64,000 nucleotides of DNA from Eledone cirrhosa (GCA_964016885.1 OZ024748.1:1922001-1986000); one strand, 5' to 3'. Shown: positions 1 to 16,023, counted from the stretch's first letter. Program-made: numbers and translations. Notes: generated by a model from the letters alone, not told the origin.

Positions 1-45
1 TATATATGTATATATATGTATATATATATATATACACACATACAC

Positions 46-78
<33 letters not shown>

Positions 79-131
79 CATATATATATACATATATATA
101 TATAAATACATATATATATATATATAAATAC

Positions 132-164
<33 letters not shown>

Positions 165-169
165 AATAC

Positions 170-252
<83 letters not shown>

Positions 253-294
253 CATATATACATATATATATATACATATGTATATATATATATA
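1..294. repeat. (TA)n microsatellite with C interruptions
   Basis: Direct reading; source of the YI-repeat ORF 6..401. Confidence 0.97.
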
Positions 295-789
295 GAAAGG
301 ATGAATATAAAATGAAAGTGCTTTTTTTAAAAAGGAATTTATTAGGTATTGACATATGTTTCTGTAACAGACGGAATACCTATGTATCGCTGCTTGCGTA
401 ATCATATAATGTTAGCAAGTATTCGATAGCAAATGTATAATCAGTTGTCACTTCTTCAGAGATTTTGGATAAATTGGATAAAATCAGAAAAATTGAAGTA
501 TTTATATTAGTAATAGAGGAAGAAAAAGAGGGGATAGTATATGACAGATGGTAAATCAAATTACTGCTAAACAAGTATATAATGGGTTTCTAATGAGAAT
601 ACCATGAGTAAATGGTTCATTTTATCTAAATAAGAATTTTTGGGAGTGCCAATTTTAATCTCTACTTGACCAATTGGACAGTGGACAGGGCTGGTCATTT
701 GGTGTAGTAGTATTAATTATAAAGTGTCAATTGGGGAAGGGAGAGATTTCGATTGCTACTGAATAACATCAATGCTAGTAGCCAGCTGG

Positions 790-1792
<1,003 letters not shown>

Positions 1793-2464
1793 GCATAACA
1801 GAAGGGAGAGCTCTTCATTCAATGAAAGCAACCTCCTTAGTGCTGGTGCCACAATAAAATGCACCCGGTACTCTCTGTAAAGTAGTGTAAAGTAATTGGT
1901 GTTAGGATGGGCTTTCAGGCATAGAATCGAAGCGAAAGGGTTGAAAGGACCATTCAGTCAGGACATGTCAACTTCTCTAGTACATGCTGTAAGTTGCATT
2001 CTGTAGAGAGACAGAGTTTGAAAGAGAATATGGGAATGTATATGAGATGTGGTGCCTTGGTCCATCTGAGAACTCAATAGCTCCAATTAAGTACTGGCTT
2101 GGTCTGTGACAACCCATTCAATTTTACTAACAGATAAATTGGATATGAAGTGATGGTGCTGATGATGATATTTGGTTAAAGAGAAGAGATGGTTAAGTAA
2201 CTTGTGTGTTTGGGGCAGTTGATGTTGTTGGTGATTGTTTGATTTCCTGTGGTGAGTGTACTGTAGTGCTTCATTCTAGTATCCAATGGCTTTGTTGAAT
2301 GTGGATTCAGCTGAGTATAAGAAGATATCCTCTCACAGATATTGTTAGGTAATTGTCTGATGATATCATGTTTGATTTTACATAGATATAATGGAATGAT
2401 ATATCATCCCATTATATATATATCATCATCATCATTTAATTTTTATTTTCTATGGTTGCATACA

Positions 2465-2554
2465 TTACACAGGTTTTCACATAGTGAGGCTAAGTTACAC
2501 AGGTTTTCACATAGTGAGGCTAAGTTACACAGGTTTTGACATAGTGAGGCTAAG
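2465..2554 (+). repeat. 30-bp minisatellite x3
   Basis: Unit TTACACAGGTTTTCACATAGTGAGGCTAAG three times, one substitution in the third copy. Confidence 0.95.
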
Positions 2555-4189
2555 CAGGTCAGATGAGATTAAGCCCTACTGATACTTCAACACTAAGGAT
2601 GACAGAACCCTTTTAACAAGTATCTAATCACTATCAATCAGCATCACCATTATCATCATCAGAGTTGTCTTTATGGCTGCTTTTCAATGCTGTTATGGGT
2701 TTTGAAGGAGTGTTTTACAGTTCTTCCTGACAACACACCTTTTTTATCACTTCTTATGACATACAAGTGCATGGTGGGCTTTCTAAACATTAAGATACAT
2801 ATGGCTTTTAGAATAAGAATGTTTTTATTTAAAATCCTGAAAATGGAAAAACAAACAAACCACAGAAATGGAAGTCTACAGAACAGCAAAGTCATCTTTT
2901 AAGAGTTAAATAAGAAGATCTGTTTCTTATTTACAAACAAACCATTCCTATTTCTGCAATAAAAGCAAAACTGAGACCTGTTTCCCTCGACGAGAGGAAA
3001 TATTTATAATTTCAACAGAGTCTTCATTCTCCCTGTTTTTGTAACAAACATATACAAGGTTTTTGCCTTGTTGATGCAGTCCACCATTAGTCAGCCCCAC
3101 CCTCATTCCCAAATTCCTATATCTGATGTAAATGAAAATAAATTTCACCCTCACAGTAAAACATGTCTGAACCTTCGTGTCGAGGGGAACAAATCTAATT
3201 CCTGTAATATTTCTTAAGAAAGACACTGTTATTTTCAGATCATTTTGAACGTAATCAAGAATTTGCTGGGATTTTGTCAAATAATGAACTTTTGGTGTTT
3301 GGAACATAACTTATGAAACGTTTTTACATAAATATAAATGCTTTAAAGTAAAGGCAGTATTTTGGCAGCTTGGTTGAAAAAGACTAAGCTTAGGTTGAAA
3401 AAGACTAAGTAAACAGGTCTTATCTTTACCTCGGATATAGACTAATCCCTTTTATTTTATCCCAGTGGACAATCTTTGTATTTATTGTTGAAGAAGCAAG
3501 TATGTCCCAATCCCACCAGAGACAACATAGACAGGTTCTATTTCATAATGATTGTGGGTGTGAAATTCATGAATATGATGAAAGAATTCCTTGAAAGGCT
3601 GTGTAAACATTGTATGATACATTTATATTTCTTGAAATCTTAAAACAGAAAAAAGGTTAATATTTTTGGCAGGGAATGTTATAAATTTGAGTGATACACA
3701 AACAAACTAGATAGGAAGCTGAGATACATTTTCAAATGATGTTGTTAAATTACTAAAAATAATATTTTTTTATGACTATTTCTATATCCTTTTTACAGTG
3801 CATATTTTGGTTTATTTCTCTTACCTCATATGTCAAAATAGATAACAAGGTAATATGAGGAAAACAGCAGGGAAATGTTGCAAAACTGACTAAATAGAGG
3901 TAGAGTGGGGAATGTGTTTGAGGTTGGAAGTTTATAGGACTGTACACTAGGTGAAAGAGAGAGACAGGTGTGAAAGAGATGAAGAGATTATATGACTGTA
4001 CACGAGATGAAGTACTTAAAATTAATTAAAATTTATATATTTTCCTTCAAGGTGTAGCAGATAGATGGAACTGGATAGGATAAAAGGGAATCATTGACTT
4101 AGGGCTCAAAATAAAAAAATCAAATATTTTGTAGGATTCATCAGGTTCACTATACATATGTGAATAACAATGCCCGTTTATAGACACAT

Positions 4190-5675
4190 TATGGTTAAGT
4201 TTGGTTAGGGTAGTGTTTTGTTAGGGTAGTGTTTTGTTAGGGTAGTGTTTTGTTATGGTTAAGTTTTGTTAGGGTAGTGTTTTGTTATGGTTAAGTTTGG
4301 TTAGGGGAGTGTTTTGTTATGGTTAAGTTTGGTTAGGGGAGTGTTTTGTTAGGGTAGTGTTTTGTTATGGTTAAGTTTGGTTAGGGTAGTGTTTTGTTAG
4401 GGTAGTGTTTTGTTAGGGTTAGTGTTTTGTTATGGTTAAGTTTGGTTAGGGTAGTGTTTTGTTAGGGTAGTGTTTTGTTAGGGTTAGTGTTTTGTTATGG
4501 TTAAGTTTTGTTAGGGGAGTGTTTTGTTAGGGTAGTGTTTTGTTAGGGTTAGTGTTTTGTTAGGGTAGTGTTTTGTTAGGATAGTGTTTTGTTATGGTTA
4601 AGTTTGGTTAGGGGAGTGTTTTGTTATGGTTAAGTTTGGTTAGGGGAGTGTTTTGTTATGGTTAAGTTTGGTTAGGGTAGTGTTTTGTTAGGATTAGTGT
4701 TTTGTTATGGTTAAGTTTGGTTAGGGTAGTGTTTTGTTAGGGTAGTGTTTTGTTAGGGTTAGTGTTTTGTTATGGTTAAGTTTTGTTAGGGTAGTGTTTT
4801 GTTATGGTTAAGTTTGGTTAGGGGAGTGTTTTGTTAGGGTAGTGTTTTGTTAGGGAAGTGTTTGGTTATGGTAGAGTTTTGTTAGGGGAGTGTTTTGTTA
4901 GGGGAGTGTTTTTTTAGGGAAGTGTTTTGTTAGGATAGTGTTTGGTTAGGGTAGTGTTTTGTTAGGGAAGTGTTTGGTTAGGGTAGTGTTTTGTTAGGGA
5001 AGTGTTTGGTTAGGGTAGTGTTTTGTTAGGGTAGTGTTTTGTTAGGGTAGTGTTTTGTTAGGTTTAGTGTTTTGTTAGGGTAGTGTTTGGTTAGGGTTAG
5101 TGTTTTGTTAGGGTAGTGTTTTGTTAGGTTTAGTGTTTTGTTAGGGTAGTGTTTTGTTATGGTTAAGTTTGGTTAGGTTTAGTGTTTTGTTAGGGTAGTG
5201 TTTGGTTAGGGTTAGTGTTTTGTTAGGTTTAGTGTTTTGTTAGGGTAGTGTTTTGTTAGGATAGTGTTTTGTTAGGGTTAGTGTTTTGTTAGGGTAGTGT
5301 TTGGTTAGGGTTAGTGTTTTGTTAGGGTAGTGTTTTGTTAGGATAGTGTTTTGTTAGGGTTAGTGTTTTGTTAGGGTAGTGTTTGGTTAGGGTTAGTGTT
5401 TTGTTAGGGTAGTGTTTTGTTAGGGTAGTGTTTTGTTAGGTTTAGTGTTTTGTTAGGGTAGTGTTTTGTTAGGTTTAGTGTTTTGTTAGGGTAGTGTTTT
5501 GTTAGGGTTAGTGTTTTGTTAGGTTTAGTGTTTTGTTAGGGTAGTGTTTTGTTAGGGTTAGTGTTTTGTTAGGATAGTGTTTGGTTAGGGTTAGTGTTTT
5601 GTTAGGGTAGTGTTTTGTTAGGATTAGTGTTTTGTTAGGTAGTGTTTTGTTAGGGTAGTGTTTTGTTAGGGTTAG
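4190..5675 (+). repeat. ~16-bp satellite containing TTAGGG (GTTAGGGTAGTGTTTT and variants)
   Basis: About 1.5 kb of tandem 16-17 bp units; the variant GTTATGGTTAAGTTTG is concentrated in the 5' half; no C on the + strand inside the array. Confidence 0.95.
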
Positions 5676-6949
5676 AGTCAGGGATTGTTATGGTTAGTGT
5701 TCTCTCATTGGCTTGTGTATGTGTATCTGAGGTGTTAAGTTAGTGTGTGTAGGGGGGTTAAGTATGTGTGCGCGTGTGTGTATTCTTATTTATACAAGGT
5801 AATTTGATTATTTCAAACTGTAAAGTCAAAGAATAAAAAGTTAATGCACTTCTGTCAATTTCGTTCGAAAGACCAACTTAATTATAAGAAAGTTAGTTAT
5901 ATTACTAAATCCCTCCAAATTCTTGGTTATTTTCAAAATTATTTAAAAAAATCTTAAACAGTGTCATTTATTACAAATATGGTCATGATAGAGTTAAAGT
6001 ATAAAATAGGGATAAAATATATCTATTCTGTAATTTGTTGAAACATGTAAAGATAGGTAAAGTAATAATAATACCTGCTTTAATGAATATGTTTGGAGAG
6101 AATATTTTCTTCATCTTCTATCTCCATATTATCTGATATGATTGCATATAATGAATGTGGAACTGGTCTTTGCCTCTGGCTTATTTCTATAATTGGTAAG
6201 ATCCGGAATCTAATTAAACTGGCTGTGGTCTGTGTCGTTGGTAAAAGATAATCCATAAAAGTACAGAGAAAAAGAAAAAGATTCCACTGAATTAATTTGA
6301 AATTTTGTGATCATTGTATTAAAGTATCTGTCTTTTTTTTCTCTCCCTGAAAAAGGATAAGTATTTGAAATGTTAGATTTTACAATCCTCACAGCAAACG
6401 TCTAATCTAACAGGGTTTTGTCATATCTTTTTGATTGATTAGAAATCATTGTATTAAAACTTAAAAAAAAATAAATTATGCAATCTTGATTAAGTACTGC
6501 TCACATTTAGTAGTTCATTAATAAATTGATCATACTCATATTTCTTTCCAAATTCTGTTAATCAATATTGTACAATGTGAAGAAGTATTTCTAGAGCTTC
6601 TCATATCTGAGTAATGTCTGGAGGAACTTGTGAAATTTCTTCTCAGTCTACATCAGTAACAGCTTGACATATTTCTGATACTCATGCCACAGACAAGGTA
6701 GTTTCCAATTAAAATTTACTGTCAATAGCCAACCAAGTTTAAAACACTTCTTTTTATAAATCATCTGAGGCTCTATCAATAATTAATTTATAATAAGCTA
6801 TAATTCCTTATTAACAGATGATTCTGTACTTATTTTAGAATCTCTCTCTTTTTTTAAAAGCAATTCTTGCTCATATGGATCTGTATAAAGGGTTGGACAA
6901 GTAAGAGACAAGTCAGGTCAGGTGATCAAGTCTTGCTCATATGGATCTG

Positions 6950-8089
6950 TATAAAGGGGTAAATATTCTTCTCTGAGATTTGTTTCCATCATATTGCTAG
7001 CATAAGCAATGAGTCAACAAAGGTAATCCATTTACAATTGCATTTGCATTAGATTGACTTTGAATATCATCAAGTTTGGCTAAATTTCTTGTACAACTTT
7101 CTCTTTGATAAATAAGCCTTTAAAGCTCATATGATGCCTTGGTCACATGGTTGAATTAACAATGTAGTGTTGAAGGCAAGAAAATGACTTTGATGTTCTT
7201 TAATGACAAATCATTTCTGTATGTTGTATATTTGTCAAACAAGATCATTTTCCACTTTAATTCCAAAGCCTACTTAAGTAACCAGTTGTTAAAAATATCT
7301 GGAGTCATCCGATACATTTGCATTAAAACAATAATGAAGAGGTAAACTTTTGAGACCCTTAAAACATTAAGGATTTGTACACTAGAAACTATTGTTTCTA
7401 ACCCTTCATATTAACACAACAAAGAACTGTCATTTCACTCTTTTGAACATTTATATCCTTTGGCATTTGCATTTTTAAACAAATATGAAAGTTTGGCCAT
7501 TGCATGAAAATAAAGCTGTTTTGTCAGTGCTGTTAATACTCTGAGGAGTATTCTATCATAATCCACAATTTAACTGATTATATAAAACCCCAGCTCTTTG
7601 TTCCTCACTATGAACATATTTATGCAGGGATTATTGGGCTGTGGGAGCTAAGTTTAACCCCACAAATATCCATTAAAAAAATGATAATGTGGTACAGTGT
7701 AACACATCATCATCATCGTTTAACGTCCATCTTCCACACTAGCATGGGTTTGGACGGAAGTTTTCCCACTTGAGGCAAGAGTGGTTGTCTTGCTCGCATA
7801 GGACTGTCTGGTGGGTTTTCTACGGCTGGATGCCCTTCCTAACACCAACCACATTTACAGTGTGGGGCTGGGAGGTTTTTACCGTGTTGCCTACACGGCC
7901 ACATTACAGCGTGGACTGTGTGCTTTTTTGTCGTGACACCTACACGATCTCATTTGTTTCGGCCTGGATGTTGTGGCACCAACGTAACTTTACATTGAAA
8001 GGGGCGGTGTGGATGGGGCGGGGGTGGTGTGACGGGGGCGTATTTTGTTAGAGATGCCTACTGACTGTAGTAGGTTTACTTTGTATATA

Positions 8090-8124
<35 letters not shown>

Positions 8125-8400
8125 ATAATGTATGTATGTGCACATGCACTTCTTTTTATTAACCCTTCCCTCTTCTAAAATCAACTCTGTTGTCTGTATT
8201 TAAACAATATTCTCTGACCTTTTCGACTTGTTAAACCATTTAACAGATAGTGTGAAATTTTCTTTTCCCATTTCAATACTTGTTTAATTTGACAATGTTT
8301 GCCAGGTCACAAAGATATGACTGTGCTTTCCCTAGCATCTTAAATAAAACTAGAATTTATTCCTAATTTTTTTAAATTATCTACTTTTTGCCTTGGAAAC
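6950..8400 (-). mobile_element. Degraded Tigger/pogo (CENP-B HTH + DDE_1) transposase relic, interrupted by an RTE 3' fragment
   Basis: Minus-strand translations with stops and frameshifts, in the expected order: GKENFTLSVKWFNKSKRSENIV (~8270-8205), SINSTDKTALF (~7540-7510), RMTPDIFNNWLLK (~7310), LKNIKVIFLPS..LIQPCDQGII*ALKAYY (~7200-7110). Confidence 0.8.
7706..8084 (-). mobile_element. RTE LINE 3' UTR fragment with (GAT)n tail
   Basis: Reverse complement closely matches 24066-24450, which directly follows the RTE ORF stop. Confidence 0.88.
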
Positions 8401-8972
8401 TGCTAACAATTGCCTCCATCTCCTACTGAGGAAGAAGTTTAAAAACAACAAAGAATTTCTGGTATATAAAATTGTGTCCAACCCTTGCTAGGAAGGAAAG
8501 CAGACATTAAATGATGAAAGAAAATATATTTAGTACATCTCACTTCAAACTTGTTGGACTTCATGTTATTGGGGCTCCTTCTGTTCTTTCTCTTGAATAA
8601 TTTTATTTTTACAATATGTATATATATATATATGTATGTATGTTTGTATGTATATGTATGTATGTGTGTATGTATGAATAAGTGTGTGCATGTGTATATA
8701 TGTGTATATATGTATGTGTGCACATGTGTATATGTATGTATTTGTGTATGTGTGCATGAGTGTGTGCCTGTGTATGTTTGTGTGTGTATTTGTGTATATG
8801 TATGCATATGTGTGTGCATGTGTATGTATGTGAGTATATGTGTTTCTATATATAGACACGTACACACTCATACTCAGAGTTTCCCTTTGTCTGTCTGTCT
8901 CTTTTTCATACAAAAAACACACTACATAGAAACACACCACACATATATACACACATACATACACACATACAT

Positions 8973-9434
8973 GGTGGCTGCCAACTCGTTTTCGAGTACG
9001 GCCACTACTTTATATCCATGTAGGAGAACTCCTACCGATGCGCTGAACGAGTGTCACGTTTTAGTCCAGCCAGCGACTTGAAAACTCTGGTACAAACACT
9101 ACACTTGTGACAATTATTGACACATAGTGCTGGGCCCATGGTACCATATGACGACAAGTGCAGAGAGATCTCCAGATATAAAGCAATGCCTGTGCCGTGA
9201 AGCTTTTATAGTGAGCAAAGGCACTGCACAAAGCCAGTCCCACTCTCTTAACCAAGATGATATTTACCAAAAAGAAGAACAAGTCAACATCATTGGATAC
9301 CATCAGAGTTGCAGGTGTTATGTCAGAGTTTTCCTTCTCCTAGAATTCTGCCTTGACAAAGGCTAAGGGGTCATCTCTCCCGGTGATTTTGGATGGCCAT
9401 TGACTCCTAAGAGCTCCTTTGCCCTTTGACAGGT
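8973..9434 (-). mobile_element. 5'-truncated copy of the bipartite non-autonomous RTE derivative
   Basis: Near-identical to 36251-36710; ends in CSVCTRVFKSLAGLKRDTRSAHR*; flanked by CATA/CA repeats. Confidence 0.8.
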
Positions 9435-11484
9435 GCATACATACGTACATATGCATAATACTCACATATGCATACATACATAACATAGGTACATGCATAC
9501 ACAACAAAACAAACATATTCACACACACACCTGCACACACATACAAATGCACCCATACATACACACAGACAGCAGTTTGTCATCTTAGAATATTTGATGG
9601 CTCCCGTATTTACTTGAAAAGCAATTTCTTATTATACCTCTAATTTTTATTTACACTATTACTTACTACCGACTTTCATTTGTAAACAAACCAGTGTAAT
9701 ACAGAATTAAGCTATTACTTACTATTTCATCTTATTTGTAAACAAACCAGAGTATAACAGCATTAAACCTACCAATGTGAGGCAGCCTGGCTAAACTAAC
9801 TCTTAGTATCACTAATAACATTTCATCAATACTAGCTTTACTTATATTATAGTCATTGTTAACCCTCTTTTGATACCAACCCATTAAAAAACAGCCTCTA
9901 TGTCCATGAAACAAAATCTACCATTTAAAGGTTTTCCATTGAAATTAAAATCTCTTACCATAATTTTACATAGCAAGAGTAGGATCAGTTCTCTCGAACT
10001 GAGCCAGTGTTCAAATGGAGCTACTCATCTCTCAGTTGGACCAGGTGGGGCTGCATCTCACAAATGTTCTCCCATTCCACAAGGAAAGTGATGTTGGTCT
10101 ACATTGATAAAAATGATGCTGTGGAGTTTCTGTTTTTGTTTTCTGGGAAGAAAAGAAATTTGATGTTTCAAGATTGTCCCTTAACCTGTTAGAAATAACA
10201 GCCAAATCTCCTTGAAACCACACTAAATAATGCATTGAATAATGTAGTCTTAGATGTGTACTACTAAGTCTGGGGATAAAAAAAGAACATGATACTCACA
10301 TCAATAACATCTTTAATTCTTTTGATACAAGATCTCTTGGAATTGTCTCTGGTTCTATGATTCAAAACTTTCTTTTAAAGTATTTATATTTATCTAAAAT
10401 CCCCCATCATAATGTTATGTAAGAAACCTTGTTAAGTTAATAGTGTTCCAAATACAAGCTTAATAATGAGAAAGTCGGTTATTTTAATAAATCTCTCTAG
10501 ATTATTTTCAGTGTCTTTTTAGAAATATGGTAATGAAAGGGTTAATCAGATATTTGCATGGTTAGAAATTACCTGAAGATAAATAATAGCAGCAGCAACA
10601 ATAACTAATGTATTAGTAATTACAATAGTTAAACTAGATTTATATTAATTTATAATCTCATGAGACTAAACAATGCAATAGTCATTAAATCAATCAACAT
10701 AAATTACTTAGCTGTCTAGAAAACTAATTAGTGTGTTGCTAATTAATTTCTAATCAAGCAATTAACACTAATCAACTAACATTAAATTTAACAACACAAT
10801 AAATGGGAAATGTTCAAAGTGAACATTTTCAAGAGATATTTAATTTTCTGTCATCCTAAGAACATTAAATGATGACACAGTCATATATATATATAACAAA
10901 TACACATATATATATATATATATATATATATCATCGCCAGCAGCAGCATTTAACATTCATTCTCCCTGCTAGCATGGTTTGGATGGGTCGTTCCATTGTG
11001 CCATTGTAAGACAAGCCAGATCAGATGACTCTGTCCTGCTCATACAGAACTAATTCTGGCTTGATTTCTATGGCTACATGCCCTTCTTAATGTCAACCAC
11101 ATTTACAGTGTGGACTAGCAGCTTTTTGTCAAGTCACCAACACCACACATAAATATAGTTGCGTATGTGAGTGTGTTGGTAACCCATTTAACCCTTGCAT
11201 GCATGGAAAATGGGTGTTAAACAATGATGATATATATACACTTGTGTATAAGTCACACCTCTTTCCCACAGGTGAAATTAACATGGTCAACTTTCCTTAT
11301 GAACATATCAAGTTGATGTCTGCAGGAAAGACATCTTCAGGAAGGGAATTCTACATTCAAGGGGTGAAGAATTGAGTTTGGTTGATGAATGTAATCACTT
11401 ATACACCCATCCTCCAAAATGTGGCTTTGAAATTATGTTAGATAACATCATTGTTGATATTTTATTTTTGAGAGGGCAGTATAT

Positions 11485-11673
11485 TGGCAGTATCAGTAGA
11501 GCATTGAACAATATGCTTTGCACCATATAGTTACAGCCCTGCATCCAAATCCTGCCAAGGTTAGCTTTGCCTTTCATCCTTACAGGGTCAATAAAATAAA
11601 GTAACATACTGGGGTCGATTTAATCAGCTTTCCTCTAAATTGCTGGTCTTGAACTAAAAGTAGAAACAATTAT
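11485..11673 (+). mobile_element. tRNA-derived SINE with Meta/MESC-like core
   Basis: TGGCAGTATCAGTAGAG head, core TTTGCCTTTCATCCTTACAGGGTCAATAAAATAAAGTA, tail AAAAGTAGAAACAATTATT, shared with other copies in the window. Confidence 0.8.
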
Positions 11674-12632
11674 TTTATTTTCACCTCATTCAATTCCAAT
11701 GTAAATTTCCACACATTATGTTAGATATCTTTGTCATGTATCCTTCATCTGACACCCTTGTGATATATATAAGAAATTATTATCATACCAAGGCAACTAA
11801 TTGGCAGGGTCATTAGAACATTGGATTGAATGCTTTGCAATATTTGTACTGGCTCTCTGACTCTCTGAGTTCAAAACATGTTGAGCTCAACTTCTTTTAC
11901 CTTTTGAGGTCAATAAAAAATATACCAGTCCAAGTCTGGGGTCAATTCTTCCTCTATATCTGTTTCTCACCTCTCTTTATCACTTTCTCTCTTCTCCCCT
12001 GGAAGAAGTCAGCTGTGTTTAGATCTAGAGAGGAGATGGGTCCTGCCAAGTTTAAAGTGCTTAAGAAGTGCCAAATGTCACAATGGTACCCTATGACTTC
12101 AACAGGAGTTAGAGGTCCCTCATACATTATAAGCATCATAACCATTATTTTTCAAAATGTAGTGGACGTAATAGAGCATTCGTGAATTCTTGACCGGCCA
12201 AGTTCATAGAATTACTTCAATTCCTTTATTTTAATTGTTTCTCTTACCATAATTTAATTGATACTGTTGGAAAATATATAAATGTCACAACTGTTTTTTT
12301 GTTTTCTCTTATCACTTTCTTAAGAATCTGGATATTTTGGCTTATGCAAGAGCTAACGATTATTATAATTAGGGCAGAGAGAGAATGTAAGATGTTTAGA
12401 GAATAGTTGCTATCTTAACTAACAAGATATCTTTCTATATGAAAGGTGAGCTGTATGGTGCATAAATCAGTTGTCATGTTGTATGGCAGTTAAATACACA
12501 AGGCTAATGAATTCAGAGGATGAGCAGCAACTGACAATGAGTTAGCAGTGGTAGGAGTTGTTTGTTGTGTACTGAGAACTTTAAAGAGAGATTGTGTGGG
12601 AGATTAGTAGAAGTATTGGTTAATGGATATGC

Positions 12633-12665
<33 letters not shown>

Positions 12666-13199
12666 ATGTGTGTGTATATATAAAAATATATGCAGAACGA
12701 GGATGAGAGTGAGTGAGTGAGGTGTTGGATTATACTCATGTGATGAGACTGAAGAAGGCAAGCTGGTTTGGAAAAGGGAGATAAGCAGGTTAAGCAGATT
12801 GGGCAGTTGTATTAAGGTAGATAAAAAGCAGAGCTTTAAAGTTGTAGCTTCTTGACAGATGAAGTATTAATGTCTGGAAAAAGAAAATGGCTAGAAATGA
12901 AGCTAAACTACAGATACTTTCAAACTATGTTAGTTAGATAAAACAGTTGTAAAACTGTGATGGTGATGTGAGAAAAATAAAAAGGAGCTGGATGAAATAT
13001 TTGACAATATTTAAGTGTGCTATCTGAGACAGATGACTTTTGCCCTTTTCTGAAGGAAAGGAGTATTCCCATAGATTTTGCCTGCCTCTGGAGGAAAGGA
13101 TTACCAATACCCTGACACCAGTGAGATCAGTAGGGTTAATTTTTCTGTTGACCATTTAATAGCTGATGAATAATGTTAATCCAGAGACCCTTCAGAGGA

Positions 13200-13600
13200 A
13201 CCATTCTTCAGCCACTTGTATTGTTTCAGTCATTACCCAAAATTCGTGACCATAGGTAAGGGTGTTCATAAATATTGAATTGAAAGTTATGAGTTTGGCT
13301 TTTACACCTACCTCTCTTCTAATGACCAAGTATTGAAGCAGGTGTATTATTCATCAGCTCCAGCAGTTATTGCACTTAATTCAACCCCCTACCTCAATTA
13401 CTCATGAAAACAGAACTGAGATACTTGAACTTCTTCACCTACTTCAGTGTAATTCCATTCACATGCCAAACACACTACATGAGGTTTTCTCAAGAAGACA
13501 AAATATCTAACTCTTTGCAGCACTGATTTTCTTTTCTGCTTTTCAGTACACAACGGTAAACCTATCTAGTGCATGATAGAGATCACCTAAAGCGAACTAG
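13200..13600 (-). mobile_element. Old degraded RTE (Rex3/Expander-like) RT C-terminal fragment
   Basis: Minus-strand peptides VNGITLK*VKKFKYLSSVF and KAKLITFNSIFMNTLTYGHEFWVMTE resemble the RTE FKYLG and LTYGHESW motifs. Confidence 0.7.
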
Positions 13601-14714
13601 ACTCTTCATGTTCAAATTATTATATTTAGATAGCATTGAAAAGATTAAGAATTCCAATCTGCACATACTCTGTGGCAAAAATATTTAATTTTTTTTTCTG
13701 ACTCATTCTACCAAGATGTAAATAGGTGTTATGAAAAACTAAAACATTTTAATGGGGCATACCAACCTCTTCAACAGTTATCTGGAAAACTTTCTCCAGT
13801 GAAGTTACGTTAATCTTGGAGAAATGAGACAACTAGTAAATTCTTCAGTTGACCTACTGAGAAATTGTAGCAGTAATATTTAAACTAACACCCAGAAATT
13901 GTTTAAGATTGAGACAGTGAAATTAAACAAAACATAATGTCAAATATTCTCACCTTTAACCACAATGTTGTTATAGAAAACATGCTTAATTTCTCCATGC
14001 ACAATTCTATTTTTTTCATTATTTTATATTTAATAGCGACAAAAAAAAAAAAATAGCCTTGGATAATTTAGCAGGCCTATGATCAAAATGGCTTCCAACT
14101 TGGTCATCATATCTTCTTTCTTTTTCATTTTCTTTTATGCGTAATGTATCTAGACATAAATAATCTGCCACCTAGTTTAGCACCAATACATGGCTCTTGG
14201 GAGCTTTTAGCAGAGGCCATTCTGTTGCAAGCATTTAGGATAGGTTTCCAGTGAGAGGCTCTGAAAAGAATAGGTGGTGGTGGTGGTGGTGGGGGGGGGG
14301 GGGTTCCTTCCTCTTCTGACTAAGCTATTCAAAAAGGGAATAGCATTTTACAATGTGCTCTACCTCTTTTTTAAAGAGAGTAGGATGTAATATGAGGGAA
14401 ACTTAGATATTATTTCTAGCAGGTTGAATGATCATGTAATAACTGGTTTGTTCACCAATAAAACAGATTTCAGGCACCATCTGACAAACAACCTAACTGT
14501 TGTGAGGTATTAATGAACCACTAGTCTGATAATGGCCCCTGGATATAGTCAGGCTGATGTTTAAATTTAATCCTTTTGATAACAACCCCCTCAAACTGGC
14601 CTAGCCCTGGTTCTATGAAATTCTACAGGGCTCCTAATTAAATTAAAATTTTGCAATGTAATTTTATATAAGAACCATATGTTAAGTTGCTATCTTAGTA
14701 ATGAAATAATTAAT

Positions 14715-14880
14715 AATTGTTTCTACTTTTGGCACAAGGCCAGCAACTTACCCAGTACATTACTGGTACTTTATTTTATCAACCCCGTAAGGATGAAAGG
14801 CAAAGTTAACCTCGACAGGATTTGAACTCAGATCGTAAAGGGACGTAACTCTATGCTGGAAAGCATGGCGTCCAACCCCT
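14715..14880 (-). mobile_element. tRNA-derived SINE, Meta-like core
   Basis: Reverse complement of the 42107/50037 family (GTACTTTATTTTATCAACCCCGTAAGGATGAAAGGCAAAGTTAACCTC...GGATTTGAACTCAG). Confidence 0.85.
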
Positions 14881-15176
14881 CTGTAAATACCCCATTTCTT
14901 TGCCTGTTGCTTCGGAATGAAAATTTTTGATTTTCTTCATTAATTAATTGAAATAGAGTATATTTCATTAGATGTATGGCATTGAAAGGGTTAACCCTAG
15001 CCCTAAATAAACACTAATAACCCCTTCTACTACAATTTATTTGGTGCTCTTTAGTGAGTTAACAGAAAAATTGATTTCTTGATTGGTTTATTTTATTTTT
15101 TCTGCTTTTGAAGCTTAACAAGATGTTGGGATTAACACTTAACACTAAACATCTAGTATGTTAAACCTGCTATAGC

Positions 15177-15517
15177 AATAGGATTAATAGCATTGAAAGA
15201 TGGCTGCCTGCCATGTATATATATATGTGTATATATATATGTGTATATATATATGTGTATATATATGTGTGTATATATATGTATGTATATGTATATGTGT
15301 ATGTATATATATATGTATATGTGAATGTTTATATATGTGTATGTATATATAAGTATATGTATATGTGTATGTATATATATGTATATGTGTATATATATGT
15401 ACATATATATGTATATGTGTATATATATATATGTGTATATATATATATATGTGTATATATATATGTGTATATATATATGTATATATTTATGTGTATATAT
15501 ATATATATATTTATGTG

Positions 15518-15549
<32 letters not shown>

Positions 15550-15747
15550 TCTGTATACATATATATTTATGTGTATATATATATATGTGTATACATATAT
15601 ATTTATGTGTATATATATATGTGTATACAAATATATTTATGTGTATATATATATATGTGTATACAAATATATTTATGTGTATATATATATATGTGTGTAT
15701 ATATATATATATGTGTATATATATATATGTGTATATATATATATGTG

Positions 15748-15812
<65 letters not shown>

Positions 15813-15831
15813 GTGTATATATATATATATA

Positions 15832-15903
<72 letters not shown>

Positions 15904-15907
15904 TGTG

Positions 15908-15939
<32 letters not shown>

Positions 15940-15945
15940 TATGTG

Positions 15946-15979
<34 letters not shown>

Positions 15980-15985
15980 TATGTG

Positions 15986-16017
<32 letters not shown>

Positions 16018-16023
16018 TATGTG

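Noticed and set aside
9061-9366. Short ORFs repeated at 36348-36641
   Set aside because: They recur only because the element is duplicated; the recognisable zinc-finger peptide is in another frame.
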